Shown here: piece after piece, positions 7,235-18,020 of the stretch | How positions within the stretch are numbered: position 1 is the stretch's first letter | Layout: each line of letters starts with the position of its first letter | Origin: an uncultured Clostridia bacterium | GTDB lineage: Bacteria; Bacillota; Clostridia; Christensenellales; CAG-314 | Direction: 5' to 3' | DNA: 64,000 nucleotides | NCBI GenBank assembly: GCA_934230325.1 | Contig: CAKQEP010000002.1 | Span: 3,797-67,796 of the forward strand | Translations under genes and position numbers: made by a program | The notes under the pieces: model-generated | The model's input: only the letters and a program-made list of their open reading frames with translations | The model's database searches: none | Told to the model about the DNA's origin: nothing

Positions 7235-8683
7235 TTATTGTTTGTTTTCCGTATCGGTGACGGTGATTTCCTCCGTCGGTTGCTCAACGGTTTTTGCTTG
7301 TTTTTGAGCGTCCTTTTTAAATCCGCCGAGAATAAGGTTTGCAAGAATACCGAGTATGAGAGCCGCCGCAATAGAAGTAATTTGAACTTTGCCAAAAGTG
7401 AATATAAGTCCGCCGATACCGCTTACCAAAATCACGCTTACGACAAACAAGTTGCGGTTGTCGTTGAGGTCGACTTGTTGCAACATTTTAAGACCGGACA
7501 CTGCGATAAAGCCGTACAACGCGATGCACGCGCCGCCCATAACGCACTTGGGAATACCTTCGATAATTACCGTCACGGGAGTAAAGAAAGCCAAAACTAT
7601 ACAGCCTATCGACGCGCCGATTATCGTCCAACTCGATGCGTTGCCCGTGATTGCAACGCAACCTACAGACTCGCCGTAAGTGGTGTTTGCACAACCGCCA
7701 AACACTGCGCCGACGATAGAACCTACGCCGTCGCCCAACAACGTGCGAGTGAGTCCGGGATCGGTAATAAGGTCTTTGTTTATGATAGAAGAAAGGTTTT
7801 TGTGGTCTGCGATATGTTCTGCAAAGACAACCAAAGCAACGGGCGCAAACATAAGAGCGATAGAGCCGATTGCCGCGCCGTCAAGATTCCAACCTTGTTT
7901 GATTGCTTCTATTATAGAAAGCGCGGGAAGGTCTACAAACCATTTGTAACTAATGCTTTGTCCGTAAACGCTTGTAAACACGCTTATGTCAAGCACTTTG
8001 AGATAGTCGCATTTTGCAAGGTAACCGATAGCGGTAAAGATACCCGCCAAAACGTATCCGCCGAGTATACCGATAATAAACGGTATCAATCTCATAGTTT
8101 TGTTACCTTTGGTGCTGCACAAAATAATTATAGCGAAAGTAAATACGGCGCAAACGATAGAGATAAGGTTGTAGTTTGCCGCTACTGCGTCGCCGCCGTT
8201 GTACATTGCCCAACTCGTTGCCGTGCCGCTGAGCGACAAACCGATAAGAGCGACCGTTGCGCCGATAATTGCGGGTTGCATAAGTTTGTTTACCCACGCC
8301 GTACCCGTGAAGTGAATTATCGTTGCTATTATCACGTATACAAGACCTGCAAACACGACGCCTATGATAAGTCCCCAAAATCCGTAACCTTCACCTGCCG
8401 CCGCGCTCATTGCGCCCAAAAACGCAAAGGAACTGCCCAAAAATACGGGACTTTTACGTTTTACAAACAATTGATAAACGATAGTACCCATACCTGCTCC
8501 GAGCAACGCCGCCGCCGGTGACATCACAAGGTCCTGACCTGCTTTTGCCGCCGCGCCGGTGACGATAAGCGGAACGAGAATGGTTGCAGCCATAATGGCG
8601 AGTATTTGTTGAAAACAACACGCTATGTAGTGTCCCCAACCCATGTCCTTCGGTGTGGCGTTTATGCCGTATTTGATTTCCAT
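7235..8683 (-). CDS. pyrP: NCS2-family uracil permease
   Basis: 482 aa polytopic membrane protein of the nucleobase:cation symporter-2 type, immediately downstream of pyrR. AGGAGG RBS. Confidence 0.85.
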   Translation of the reverse strand: MEIKYGINATPKDMGWGHYIACCFQQILAIMAATILVPLIVTGAAAKAGQDLVMSPAAALLGAGMGTIVYQLFVKRKSPVFLGSSFAFLGAMSAAAGEGYGFWGLIIGVVFAGLVYVIIATIIHFTGTAWVNKLMQPAIIGATVALIGLSLSGTATSWAMYNGGDAVAANYNLISIVCAVFTFAIIILCSTKGNKTMRLIPFIIGILGGYVLAGIFTAIGYLAKCDYLKVLDISVFTSVYGQSISYKWFVDLPALSIIEAIKQGWNLDGAAIGSIALMFAPVALVVFAEHIADHKNLSSIINKDLITDPGLTRTLLGDGVGSIVGAVFGGCANTTYGESVGCVAITGNASSWTIIGASIGCIVLAFFTPVTVIIEGIPKCVMGGACIALYGFIAVSGLKMLQQVDLNDNRNLFVVSVILVSGIGGLIFTFGKVQITSIAAALILGILANLILGGFKKDAQKQAKTVEQPTEEITVTDTENKQ

Positions 8684-8763
8684 AGTAATAACCTCCTGTT
8701 ATGGAAAATTTTCTTTAGATTAGTCGCTTTTGGCGTAAGCAGCCGCGCAAAAAATTGCCGCGT

Positions 8764-9300
8764 TTATCTATCCCAAAGGGTTACGCTGTCCTCGTCGTCC
8801 GTTTCCGTAAGGGAAACCTTGACTACTTCCTGCAAGGAAGTCGGAACGTTTTTGCCTACAAAAGTCGGTCGTATGGGCAACTCGGCGTGTCCCCTGTCAA
8901 TCAGCGTTGCAAGAAATATTCTGCCCGCTCTGCCCACGTCTTTAAGCGCGTCCAACGCCGCGCTTGCCGTGCGGCACGTAAATATAACGTCGTCCACTAA
9001 AATTACGGTTTTGTCCGTGATGTCAAAATTTATTTTTTCGCCGTTTAAAACGGGGTCGGGGTTTTTGTGGGTAAGGTCGTCGCGGTAAAGCGTTATGTCG
9101 ATACTGCCGACGGGTACGACCTTGCCTTCTATGGTTTTGATTTTTTTGGCAAGTCTTTCCGCCAACGGCGCGCCGCGCGTGAGAATACCGACCAGACACA
9201 AATCGTCTGCTCCGTGTGATTTTTCTACTATTTGATGCGCAACTCTCGTCAACGCTCTGTCGATATCGTCGGCAGTCATAAGCGTCGCTTTTTTTGTCAT
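8764..9300 (-). CDS. pyrR: Bifunctional pyr mRNA-binding attenuation protein / uracil phosphoribosyltransferase
   Basis: MTKKATLMTADDIDRALTRVAHQIVEK aligns with the B. subtilis PyrR N-terminus. Also has ITLYRDDL, VILVDDV.FTCRT and DRGHAELPIRP. ATG 9300 chosen (9306 is possible); the track start 9330 lies inside the terminator hairpin. Confidence 0.9.
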   Translation of the reverse strand: MTKKATLMTADDIDRALTRVAHQIVEKSHGADDLCLVGILTRGAPLAERLAKKIKTIEGKVVPVGSIDITLYRDDLTHKNPDPVLNGEKINFDITDKTVILVDDVIFTCRTASAALDALKDVGRAGRIFLATLIDRGHAELPIRPTFVGKNVPTSLQEVVKVSLTETDDEDSVTLWDR

Positions 9301-9305
9301 AACCA

Positions 9306-9396
9306 TAAAAAAAACCTGCTTGCAATGCAAACAGGCGTATCTTTATCCCAAAAACGAAATATAAACACAATCTTGTCGGCATCGCTGTACCGTTTT
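9306..9396 (-). promoter_or_regulatory. PyrR-binding attenuator (binding stem-loop plus terminator) in the pyrR leader
   Basis: Minus strand carries AAUCUU-UAAAA-CGGUA-CAGCGA-UGCCG-AC-AAGAUU (9366-9396 region), resembling the PyrR CAGAGA loop. Terminator CCUGUUUGCA/UGCAAGCAGG (9315-9335) plus U8 (9307-9314). Confidence 0.7.
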
Positions 9397-9418
9397 AAAG
9401 ATTTATTTTGTTAAACGC

Positions 9419-9447
9419 AGTATAACATCAATTGACTTTTTAAGCAA
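9419..9447 (-). promoter_or_regulatory. Promoter TTGCTT-17-TATACT for pyrR-pyrP
   Basis: Minus-strand TTGCTT at 9447-9442 and TATACT at 9424-9419, just downstream of the pyrB stop. Confidence 0.55.
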
Positions 9448-9476
9448 GCGTTTTGACGTAATTTGTCGTTTTTTTG

Positions 9477-10565
9477 TCATTTTTTGTTTTTTTGTGCATG
9501 TGCGTCGCAATAAGCGCAACAAACCGCGCCGTCTTTATCGACGTAAAATTTGTTTTCTATTTCCTGCTCGACCGTCAATATGCAATGCGGATTGTCGCAA
9601 ACAAAATTTTTGTCTTCAAAAAATACGCGGCGGTCTTTTTGGTGCGGCTGATCTTTTTGCGCAAGAAGTTTTAATATCAACGCCATACGCATAAGTTTGC
9701 CGTAACGGGTTTGCTCAAAGTATTTTGCGCGGGAATCAAAGTCCACTTTGACGGATATTTCGTTTACGCGCGGCAACGGGTGCATCACTATCATGTCTTT
9801 TTTTGCCAACCGCATTTTTTCTTCCGTCAGCACGTAACTGTCTTTGAGCCGCTCGTACTCGTCTTTATCGGCAAATCTTTCCTTTTGTATGCGCGTCATA
9901 TACAGTACGTCAAGTTGCGGAAGACTTTTTTCCAACGATTTGCTTTCTTTGTACTCGACGTTTTCGCCGTCTAAAAACTCCTTTTTGATAAATTCGGGCA
10001 AACGCAACTCGTCGGGAGAAATCAGCACGAATTTGTTTCCGCTGTAGCGGGACATTGCGCCGACAAGAGAATGTACCGTTCTGCCGTACTTCAAATCGCC
10101 GCACAATCCTATCGTAAGATTGTCAAAACGTCCTTTTTCCTTGTGAATCGTGAGCAAATCGGCAAGCGTTTGAGTCGGGTGAAAATGCCCGCCGTCACCC
10201 GCATTGACGAGAGGTACGGCGCAGTGACGCAAAGCGACGTAAGGCGCGCCTTCTTTAGGGTGGCGCATTGCAATTATGTCCACGTACCCCGAAACAACCG
10301 CGACGGTATCGGCTACGCTCTCGCCCTTTGCGGCAGAACTCGACGCCGCGTTGGAAAAACCTACGACGTTGCCGCCCAAAGACAGCATAGCAGACTCAAA
10401 ACTCAATCTCGTGCGTGTAGAAGGCTCAAAAAACAACGTTGCAAGCGTTTTGTGTCGGCAAGCCTCCTCGTATTTTTTAGGGTTTGCCTCGATATCTTCC
10501 GCAACCGCCACGAGTTGCGATATTTCTTCCGTAGACAAATCGAGAATATTCAAAAGATGTTTCAT
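9477..10565 (-). CDS. pyrB: Aspartate carbamoyltransferase catalytic chain with a C-terminal PyrI-type zinc domain
   Basis: STRTR, HPTQ and HPLPR motifs. The last ~51 aa (9480-9632) read FVCDNPHCI...CCAYCD, the CxNxxCI...CxYC signature of the PyrI zinc domain. Confidence 0.9.
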   Translation of the reverse strand: MKHLLNILDLSTEEISQLVAVAEDIEANPKKYEEACRHKTLATLFFEPSTRTRLSFESAMLSLGGNVVGFSNAASSSAAKGESVADTVAVVSGYVDIIAMRHPKEGAPYVALRHCAVPLVNAGDGGHFHPTQTLADLLTIHKEKGRFDNLTIGLCGDLKYGRTVHSLVGAMSRYSGNKFVLISPDELRLPEFIKKEFLDGENVEYKESKSLEKSLPQLDVLYMTRIQKERFADKDEYERLKDSYVLTEEKMRLAKKDMIVMHPLPRVNEISVKVDFDSRAKYFEQTRYGKLMRMALILKLLAQKDQPHQKDRRVFFEDKNFVCDNPHCILTVEQEIENKFYVDKDGAVCCAYCDAHAQKNKK

Positions 10566-10624
10566 AAAACCCCCTTTTTTGTGGTATTAACGGCTTTTTT
10601 AGTTTTGTTTTTTGATTGACCATA

Positions 10625-11266
10625 TCAACCTTTTATCCAACTTTCGTCCGAAGGATTATCCCTAAAAGCGATAAGTCTTTTTACGTCGTCTTTTTGTATG
10701 TAATTTTCTTCCGCCGCTATTTTGGCAACGGTGTCAAAGTCGGTAAGACTGACGTTTTTTACCCCTGCGTCAAAAAGCCTTTGTACGCCTTTTGACATAC
10801 CGTATGTAAAAATACTGACAATTCCCAGCACTTCCGCGCCCGCCGCGCGAATAACGTCAACTACTTCCAGCACGCTGCCGCCGGTGGATATCAAATCTTC
10901 TACCACTACGACTTTTTGACCTTTGGAGAGTTTACCCTCTATCTGATTTTGCCTGCCGTGATCCTTTGCGCCGGAACGCACGTATCCCATCGGCAAACCG
11001 AGTATCTGCGCCGCTATAGCCGCATGCGCTATCCCCGCCGTCGCCGTACCCATAAGCGCTTCCGCTTGCGGGTACTCCGTCTTTATCACCTGCGCTATGC
11101 CGTTTTCTACACGCGTTCTGACGGCAGGAGCGGTGAGAATCAAGCGATTGTCGCAATATACGGGACTTTTTATCCCGCTTGCCCAAACAAACGGCTCTTG
11201 CGGTCTAAAAAACACTGCGCCGATGCTCAACAAATCTTTTGCTATACTTTCCTTTAAACTTTGCAT
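10625..11266 (-). CDS. pyrE: Orotate phosphoribosyltransferase
   Basis: 213 aa with PRPP motif VVVVEDLISTGGS. Pyr operon context. Confidence 0.9.
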   Translation of the reverse strand: MQSLKESIAKDLLSIGAVFFRPQEPFVWASGIKSPVYCDNRLILTAPAVRTRVENGIAQVIKTEYPQAEALMGTATAGIAHAAIAAQILGLPMGYVRSGAKDHGRQNQIEGKLSKGQKVVVVEDLISTGGSVLEVVDVIRAAGAEVLGIVSIFTYGMSKGVQRLFDAGVKNVSLTDFDTVAKIAAEENYIQKDDVKRLIAFRDNPSDESWIKG

Positions 11267-11398
11267 ATCCTTTTCTCCACAAAATAAATTTTTGCTTTTT
11301 GGGTTGATTTTTTACTGAAAAATTAGATTTTAACGCGGCATTTTGCCTTTTTTTATTAAAATCGCTCGGTTTGCGTCAAATCTATTCCCGCAACGCTA

Positions 11399-12097
11399 CT
11401 AATCGATAAAATCCTTTACGCATCTCATATAAGCGTCTACGGGGTCGGTCGCCGCCGTAATCGGACGGCCTACGACAATGTAATCCGAGCCGAGCGCCTT
11501 TGCTTCCGACGGAGTTGTAACTCGTTTTTGGTCGCCGACGTCACCGCCCGCAAACCTGACGCCGGGTGTAACTGTCAAAAAGTCATTTCCGCATTCTGCG
11601 TGAACTTTACCCGCTTCCTTAGGGGAACACACGACGCCGTCAAGCCCCGCTCGTCTTGCGTTTGCGGCGTAACTCAAAACCGTTTCTTCCATAGGCGTAT
11701 CTATCAAAAGTTGCTGTTTTAGCGTTTGTTGGTCGGTACTTGTGAGTTGCGTCACGGCAATAAGCAAAGGTCTGCTGCCGTCCTCTCTCGTCAATCCTTC
11801 CTTTGCCGCCCGCATCATTTCTATTGCGCCTGCGGCATGAAGATTGCACATATCTATATCTAATCCCGACAGTACGCGCATAGCCTTTTTTACCGTTGTG
11901 GGAATATCGTGCAGTTTTAAGTCCAAAAAAATCTTGTGACCTCTCTTTTTGATTTCTCTCACGACTGACGGTCCTTCTGCGTAAAACAACTCCATACCTA
12001 TTTTTACAAAAGGTTTTACGTCTTTAAATTTATCCAAAAAATCAATCGTTTGTTTTGCGTCGGCAAAATCCAACGCCACTATTACGTCCTTACCCAT
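11399..12097 (-). CDS. pyrF: Orotidine-5'-phosphate decarboxylase
   Basis: VALDF...FVKIGMELF...FLDLKLHDIPTTV motifs. Confidence 0.9.
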   Translation of the reverse strand: MGKDVIVALDFADAKQTIDFLDKFKDVKPFVKIGMELFYAEGPSVVREIKKRGHKIFLDLKLHDIPTTVKKAMRVLSGLDIDMCNLHAAGAIEMMRAAKEGLTREDGSRPLLIAVTQLTSTDQQTLKQQLLIDTPMEETVLSYAANARRAGLDGVVCSPKEAGKVHAECGNDFLTVTPGVRFAGGDVGDQKRVTTPSEAKALGSDYIVVGRPITAATDPVDAYMRCVKDFID

Positions 12098-13007
12098 TGT
12101 GCGCTTCTCCTATGATTTGTCGTAAATTCATTATACCGTATCGTTGCATTACCGACGGAAGGTCGTCTATTATGTTTTTGCAAACGTAAGGATTGACAAG
12201 GTTTGCCGCGCCGACTTCTACCGCCGTCGCGCCCGCCAACATCATTTCTATCACGTCCTCCGCAGTACAAACTCCGCCCATACCGATGACGGGTATTTTT
12301 ACTGCTTCGTACACCTGATACACCATTCTCAACGCAATGGGAAAAATCCCTTTGCCGGAATATCCGCCTATTTTGTTTGCAAGAATCGGCTTTTTTGTTT
12401 TTAAATCTATCCGCATACCCGTCAACGTGTTGATTAGGCATACGCCGTCCGCGCCGCCGTCTTCGCACGCTTTTGCCAAACAAACTATGTCTGTGACGTT
12501 TGGAGATAATTTTACGTATACGGGCTTTGTCGTCACCGCTTTTGCCGCTTTTGTAATTTGATAAACGCTTTGCGGAGATGTTCCGTGCGCCATACCGCCC
12601 GCCTTTACGTTGGGGCAACTCAGGTTTACTTCCAAAATTCCTACTTGCGGTTGTTCGCCTAATCGGCGGCACAACTCAACGTATTCTTCTATATTTTCTC
12701 CGCTGACGTTTGCGATGACTTTTTTGTTGAAAAAAGTTTTTATTTGCGGCAATTCATGGTTTATCACGTAGTCAAGCCCTTGATTTTGTAGTCCGACCGA
12801 GTTTAACATGCCTGCCTCGCACTCCGCAATACGCGGCGTCGGATTGCCGAATCGCGGCTGTACCGTCGTTCCTTTAAAACTGAACGTTCCCAAAACGTTG
12901 ATATCGTACAACTCGGCAAACTCTTTGCCGTACCCGAAGGTTCCGCTTGCGGGTATGACGGGATTATCTAATTCCCAACCCGACAAAACAACCTTTGTGT
13001 CTACCAT
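12090..13007 (-). CDS. pyrD: Dihydroorotate dehydrogenase 1B, catalytic subunit
   Basis: Start MVDTKVVLSGWELDNPVIPASGTFGYG at ATG 13007, overlapping the pyrK stop (ATGGTAG). The track start 13106 is an extension into pyrK. Confidence 0.9.
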   Translation of the reverse strand: MVDTKVVLSGWELDNPVIPASGTFGYGKEFAELYDINVLGTFSFKGTTVQPRFGNPTPRIAECEAGMLNSVGLQNQGLDYVINHELPQIKTFFNKKVIANVSGENIEEYVELCRRLGEQPQVGILEVNLSCPNVKAGGMAHGTSPQSVYQITKAAKAVTTKPVYVKLSPNVTDIVCLAKACEDGGADGVCLINTLTGMRIDLKTKKPILANKIGGYSGKGIFPIALRMVYQVYEAVKIPVIGMGGVCTAEDVIEMMLAGATAVEVGAANLVNPYVCKNIIDDLPSVMQRYGIMNLRQIIGEAHNG

Positions 13008-13732
13008 ATTACTTCCTCCCGTTTGAGTACCGGTCCGTCTTTGCATATGCGTTTTGCGCCGTATTTGGTTTTGCAACTGCACCCCATACACGCGCCGAAA
13101 CCGCACCCCATACGTTCTTCAAAACTGTACTCGCCGCTCGTCTTTACTATTTTTTCCAAAGCGTAAAACATAGGCATAGGACCGCAAGCGTAAAAATAAT
13201 CGTAATCGAGATTTTTTGCTACGTCGGTGACAAAACCTTTTGCGCCGACGCTTCCGTCTGCCGTCGCGATATAAACTTCCGCTCCTGTTTCGACAAATTT
13301 TTGACGATAAAAAACTTCCTCCGCCGTGTTAAACCCCAAAACGACAATGGGCTTTGCTCCTTTGTCCTTCAGTTGTCTGCACAAGTAATACAATGGCGGA
13401 ACCCCGACGCCCCCGCCGACAAGCAAAGGTTGTTTGCCGCTTGCGTTTACGTCAAATCCGTTGCCCAATCCCGTCAACGCGTCGATGATTTTACCTTTTT
13501 GGTACTCACTCAAAATTTTTGTGCCTTTGCCTACTACCTTGTAAACGAGAGTAAGCGTATCCCCGTCTTTGTCGCAAACCGATATAGGGCGGCGAAGATA
13601 ACAATCGTCTACTTTGATATTTACAAACTGTCCGGCGGCTGCAATTCCCGACAAATCGCCTTTAAGCCGCATTTCGTAAACGTTTTTTGCTATTTTTACG
13701 TTGCTTTCCGTAGTCAAAAAAACCTGTTTCAT
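13001..13732 (-). CDS. pyrK: Dihydroorotate dehydrogenase electron-transfer subunit
   Basis: MKQVFLTTE start at 13732. C-terminal 2Fe-2S motif CGFGACMGCSC. Confidence 0.85.
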   Translation of the reverse strand: MKQVFLTTESNVKIAKNVYEMRLKGDLSGIAAAGQFVNIKVDDCYLRRPISVCDKDGDTLTLVYKVVGKGTKILSEYQKGKIIDALTGLGNGFDVNASGKQPLLVGGGVGVPPLYYLCRQLKDKGAKPIVVLGFNTAEEVFYRQKFVETGAEVYIATADGSVGAKGFVTDVAKNLDYDYFYACGPMPMFYALEKIVKTSGEYSFEERMGCGFGACMGCSCKTKYGAKRICKDGPVLKREEVIW

Positions 13733-13740
13733 ACCCTCAC

Positions 13741-16700
13741 CTACGCGTCTATGGTAGAAACGCAAATAGTCGTTTCTTCCAAAACGTCAAGCAAAACTTT
13801 TACCGTGTCCAGCGACGTGAACGTGGTTATGTTGTTTTCCGTCGCCATGCGCCGTATCATATAACCGTCGGCGTTTGTTCCGTTGGTCACGACGTCGCTC
13901 GTGTTGATTACGTACGCGACGTGACCTTGCCGCAAAGTGTTTAAAATGTCTTTGGAGCCGTCGCTTATCTTGCCTAATATTCGCGTCTTTATCCCTTTGC
14001 TCTTTAAGTAGTCCGCCGTGCCTTTGGTCGCTTCGATATTAAAACCGAGATTGTAAAAACGCCTTACCAAAGGCAACGCTTCCGCTTTGTCCTTGTCGCA
14101 TACGGTGACAAAAACCGTGCCGTAATTTTGTAGTTTTAAACCCGCCGCTTGCAACGCTTTGTACAACGCGCGGTTAAGTTTGTCGTCATAACCTATCGCC
14201 TCGCCGGTAGACTTCATTTCCGGTGAAAGGTATGCGTCCAAACCGCTCAATTTGTTGAAAGAAAAAACGGGCGCTTTGACGTAACGACGCTTTTTTTCTT
14301 CGGGATAAATGCGGAAAATGCCTTGCTCGTTTAGCGTTTTGCCCAAAATGACTTCCGTTGCGATGTCCGCAAGACTGTATCCCGTCGCTTTTGACAAAAA
14401 CGGTACCGTGCGCGAAGAACGCGGGTTGACTTCTATAATGTACACCTTGTCGTCCTTGTCCACGATAAACTGAATGTTGAACAATCCGACGATGCCTATC
14501 GCAAGTCCTAATTTTTTGGTGTATTGCAAAATCGTTCCTTTCACCTTGTCGCTTATGCTGAAAGCGGGGTATACGCTTATGCTGTCGCCGCTGTGAACGC
14601 CCGTGCGCTCCACCAACTCCATAATTCCGGATACAAAAACGTCTTTGCCGTCGCAAACGGCGTCTACTTCTACTTCTCTGCCGACGACGTACTTATCTAC
14701 CAAAACGGGTTTTTCGTCGCTCATATCGACTGCCGTTTGCAAGTATTTGCGTAAACCGTCCTCGTTTGCCACTATCTGCATGGCTCTGCCGCCAAGCACG
14801 AAAGAAGGACGTACCAACACGGGATATCCTATCTTTTTTGCAACTTTAACGCCGTCGTAAACGTTGGTGACGGCTTTGCCCTTTGGCTTTGGAATATTGA
14901 GGTCGTCAAGAAGTTTTTCAAACAAATCCCTATCTTCGGCTTTGTCTATTGCGGCGCAATCCGTGCCGATTATCGTCACGCCCTTGTCAAAAAGCGGTTT
15001 GGCAAGATTTATCGCCGTTTGACCGCCCAAAGAAGCAATTACGCCCAACGGTTTTTCGAGTTCTATTATGTTAAACACGTCTTCGGGCGTGAGCGGCTCA
15101 AAGTACAGTTTGTCCGAAGTAGTGTAATCGGTAGAAACCGTTTCCGGATTGTTGTTTATTATTATCGCTTCATACCCCGCCTTTTTGATGGTCTGAACGG
15201 CGTGAACGGTAGAATAATCAAACTCTACCCCCTGCCCGATACGTATCGGCCCTGCTCCCAAAACTATTATTTTTTCCTTCGTTCCGTCGGTGCGCGACTC
15301 GTTTTCTTCCCCGTTGTATGTCGAGTAAAAATAGGGTACGTATGCGTCAAACTCCGACGCGCAGGTGTCTATCGCCTTGTAAACGGGGGTAATACCGTTT
15401 TTGACTCGCATATCGTAAATTTCCTTTTCCGTCGCGCGCCAGAGTTTTGCTATCGCTCTGTCGCAAAAACCGTATTTTTTGCACTTTTCGAGAGTTTTTA
15501 CGTCAAACGGATTTGTTGCCGCCTCCCACTCCAACTTGACTATATTGTTGATTTTATCGATAAAAAACATATCGATTTGAGTTGCGGAAGCAATTTTTTC
15601 CGCCGTTACTCCGCGCCGCAACAACTCCGCAATCATATAAATGCGGTCGTCTGTGGCTTTTTTGATATAGTTGAGCAATTCGCTTTTTGTCATTTGCTCG
15701 GCTTTTTTCAAAAACAAATGGTACGTACCCGTTTCCAGCGAGCGAACGGCTTTGAGAAGACTTTCTTCAAAATTTCTGCCTATACTCATTACTTCTCCCG
15801 TCGCTTTCATTTGCGTGGACAATACGTTGCTCGCTCCCGCAAATTTATCAAAGGGGAAACGCGGCATTTTGGTGACTATATAGTCCAACGTCGGCTCGAA
15901 ACTCGCCAAAGTGTTTGCAAGCATTATCTCGTCCAAAGTCAACCCGACCGCGATTTTTGCGGATACTCTCGCAATGGGGAATCCGCTTGCCTTGCTTGCA
16001 AGCGCAGAAGAACGAGATACGCGCGGATTGACTTCTATTACGTAATAATCAAACGATTTAGGATCGAGCGCAAACTGAATGTTGCAACCTCCTTCTATCT
16101 TTAACGCGCGAATAATTTTCAACGCGCTGTTGCGCAACATCTGATACTCTTTGTTGGACAGCGTTTGGCTCGGACATACCACTATGGAGTCCCCCGTATG
16201 CACGCCGACGGGATCGAGATTTTCCATATTGCAAACCACTATCGCAGTGTCGCAAGCGTCGCGCATTACTTCGTACTCGATTTCTTTAAAGCCTTTTACG
16301 CTTTTTTCTACAAGCACTTCTCCGACGGGAGAAATATCCAAAGCGTTTTGCATTAGTTCCGCAAAATCGTTTTCGCTCTCCGCAAATCCGCCGCCCGTGC
16401 CGCCGAGAGTGAACGCAGGACGCAACACAACGGGAAAACCGATGCGCTTTGCCGCCGCAAGACCTTCTTCTACGGTGCGAGCAATTTCCGACGGGCAAAC
16501 GGGTTCGCCGATTTCCTCGCATAGTTTTTTAAACAAATCCCTGTCTTCCGCTTTTTCTATGCTGTCGCTTTTAGTACCCAAAAGTTGTACGCGACACTCG
16601 CGAAGTACTCCCTTTTTTTCCAGTTGCATTGCAAGGTTTAATCCCGTCTGTCCGCCTATACTCGGAATTATCGCGTCGGGCCGCTCGTAACGTATTATCT

Positions 16701-16926
16701 TTGCTACGTATTCCAACGTGAGCGGCTCCATATAAACTTTGTCCGCTATGCTCGTATCCGTCATTATCGTCGCAGGGTTGGAATTGCAAAGCACGACTTG
16801 ATAACCTTCTTCTTTAAGGGCAAGACATGCCTGCGTACCCGCATAGTCAAACTCCGCCGCCTGTCCGATGACGATAGGACCGCTTCCTATGACCATTATT
16901 TTTTTTATGTTTTTCTTTTTTGGCAT
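13741..16926 (-). CDS. carB: Carbamoyl-phosphate synthase large subunit
   Basis: 1061 aa with duplicated ATP-grasp halves. N-terminus [24 protein letters not shown]. Confidence 0.95.
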   Translation of the reverse strand: MPKKKNIKKIMVIGSGPIVIGQAAEFDYAGTQACLALKEEGYQVVLCNSNPATIMTDTSIADKVYMEPLTLEYVAKIIRYERPDAIIPSIGGQTGLNLAMQLEKKGVLRECRVQLLGTKSDSIEKAEDRDLFKKLCEEIGEPVCPSEIARTVEEGLAAAKRIGFPVVLRPAFTLGGTGGGFAESENDFAELMQNALDISPVGEVLVEKSVKGFKEIEYEVMRDACDTAIVVCNMENLDPVGVHTGDSIVVCPSQTLSNKEYQMLRNSALKIIRALKIEGGCNIQFALDPKSFDYYVIEVNPRVSRSSALASKASGFPIARVSAKIAVGLTLDEIMLANTLASFEPTLDYIVTKMPRFPFDKFAGASNVLSTQMKATGEVMSIGRNFEESLLKAVRSLETGTYHLFLKKAEQMTKSELLNYIKKATDDRIYMIAELLRRGVTAEKIASATQIDMFFIDKINNIVKLEWEAATNPFDVKTLEKCKKYGFCDRAIAKLWRATEKEIYDMRVKNGITPVYKAIDTCASEFDAYVPYFYSTYNGEENESRTDGTKEKIIVLGAGPIRIGQGVEFDYSTVHAVQTIKKAGYEAIIINNNPETVSTDYTTSDKLYFEPLTPEDVFNIIELEKPLGVIASLGGQTAINLAKPLFDKGVTIIGTDCAAIDKAEDRDLFEKLLDDLNIPKPKGKAVTNVYDGVKVAKKIGYPVLVRPSFVLGGRAMQIVANEDGLRKYLQTAVDMSDEKPVLVDKYVVGREVEVDAVCDGKDVFVSGIMELVERTGVHSGDSISVYPAFSISDKVKGTILQYTKKLGLAIGIVGLFNIQFIVDKDDKVYIIEVNPRSSRTVPFLSKATGYSLADIATEVILGKTLNEQGIFRIYPEEKKRRYVKAPVFSFNKLSGLDAYLSPEMKSTGEAIGYDDKLNRALYKALQAAGLKLQNYGTVFVTVCDKDKAEALPLVRRFYNLGFNIEATKGTADYLKSKGIKTRILGKISDGSKDILNTLRQGHVAYVINTSDVVTNGTNADGYMIRRMATENNITTFTSLDTVKVLLDVLEETTICVSTIDA

Positions 16927-16931
16927 AACCG

Positions 16932-18020
16932 TTACCTCCTCATGTTTTGCAAAAATATATCAAACAGATACCCGCTGTCTTCCGGACCTGCAGCGCTTTC
17001 GGGGTGATACTGAACGGAAAAAACGTTGTCCTCTTTGCTCGCCAAACCTTCTACCGTGCCGTCAAGCAAATTGAGATGTGTGACGGATAATCCCGTGCCG
17101 CTCAACGACTTTAAGTCTACGGCATAACTGTGGTTTTGAGAAGTGATTTCTACCTTGCCCGTCGCGAGATTTTTGACGGGGTGATTGCCTCCCCTGTGAC
17201 CGAATTTGAGTTTGTACGTTTTTGCGCCGTACGCCAAAGCAATGGTTTGATGCCCTAAACATATACCGAATATCGGCAATTTTCCGCGTAGGCTTTTTAT
17301 TAAATCCACCACCGTCGTAACGTCTTGCGGATTGCCCGGTCCGTTGGACAAAAACAATCCGTCGGGATTTGTCGCTAACACGTCGGCGGCAGTGGCGTCG
17401 TAGGGCAAAAGCGTTACGTCGCAACCGCGCGCGTTTAAACAACGTATTATATTTAGTTTAATTCCGCAATCTATCGCCGCAACTTTAAACTCCGCCGTCG
17501 TCGTTGTAGACGGAAAAAATTTGGCGGTTTTTACGCTTACCTGCGAAACCAAATCGCGGGGTACAGGGTTTGCTTTTATCTTTGCCAAAGCGTCTTTTTT
17601 TGCGGTGTGTACGGAAGTGATTATGCCTTCTCTGCTACCGAAACTGCGTATGCTTCTCGCAAGTTTTCTCGTGTCTATGCCTTCTATGGCGGGTATGCCG
17701 TACTCTTTCAGTTTGTCGGAAAGATTTTTGCCGCTCCTAAAATTTGACGGACGAGGATTGTATTCCCCTACGATAAGACCGCCTATCGACGGAGTGTCCG
17801 TTTCGTCGTCAAAATCGTTTATCCCGTAATTTCCTATCAACGGATAGGTCATGACTACCGCTTGCCCCGTATAAGACGGGTCGGAAACAATTTCCTGATA
17901 TCCGACCATACTCGTATTAAATACTACCTCGCATACGCGCTCGACGTCCGCGCCGAAACCATAACCTACATACTCGCTACCGTCTTCTAAAACAAGTTTT
18001 TTGTCTGCAAGTCTTGCCAT
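16932..18020 (-). CDS. carA: Carbamoyl-phosphate synthase small (glutaminase) subunit
   Basis: 362 aa. GICLGHQ glutamine amidotransferase active site. Confidence 0.95.
   Translation of the reverse strand: MARLADKKLVLEDGSEYVGYGFGADVERVCEVVFNTSMVGYQEIVSDPSYTGQAVVMTYPLIGNYGINDFDDETDTPSIGGLIVGEYNPRPSNFRSGKNLSDKLKEYGIPAIEGIDTRKLARSIRSFGSREGIITSVHTAKKDALAKIKANPVPRDLVSQVSVKTAKFFPSTTTTAEFKVAAIDCGIKLNIIRCLNARGCDVTLLPYDATAADVLATNPDGLFLSNGPGNPQDVTTVVDLIKSLRGKLPIFGICLGHQTIALAYGAKTYKLKFGHRGGNHPVKNLATGKVEITSQNHSYAVDLKSLSGTGLSVTHLNLLDGTVEGLASKEDNVFSVQYHPESAAGPEDSGYLFDIFLQNMRR

Noticed and set aside
7238-8521. 427-aa plus-strand ORF
   Set aside because: It is antisense to the pyrP permease. It is Arg/Cys/Asp-rich with no RBS or family signature.
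12082-12672. 196-aa Arg-rich minus-strand ORF
   Set aside because: It is an alternative frame inside pyrD, and pyrD has clear family motifs. The Arg-rich composition is typical of an off-frame translation.
12995-13864. 289-aa plus-strand ORF
   Set aside because: It is antisense to pyrK and the end of carB, with no supporting features.
15019-16104. 361-aa plus-strand ORF
   Set aside because: It is antisense to carB.
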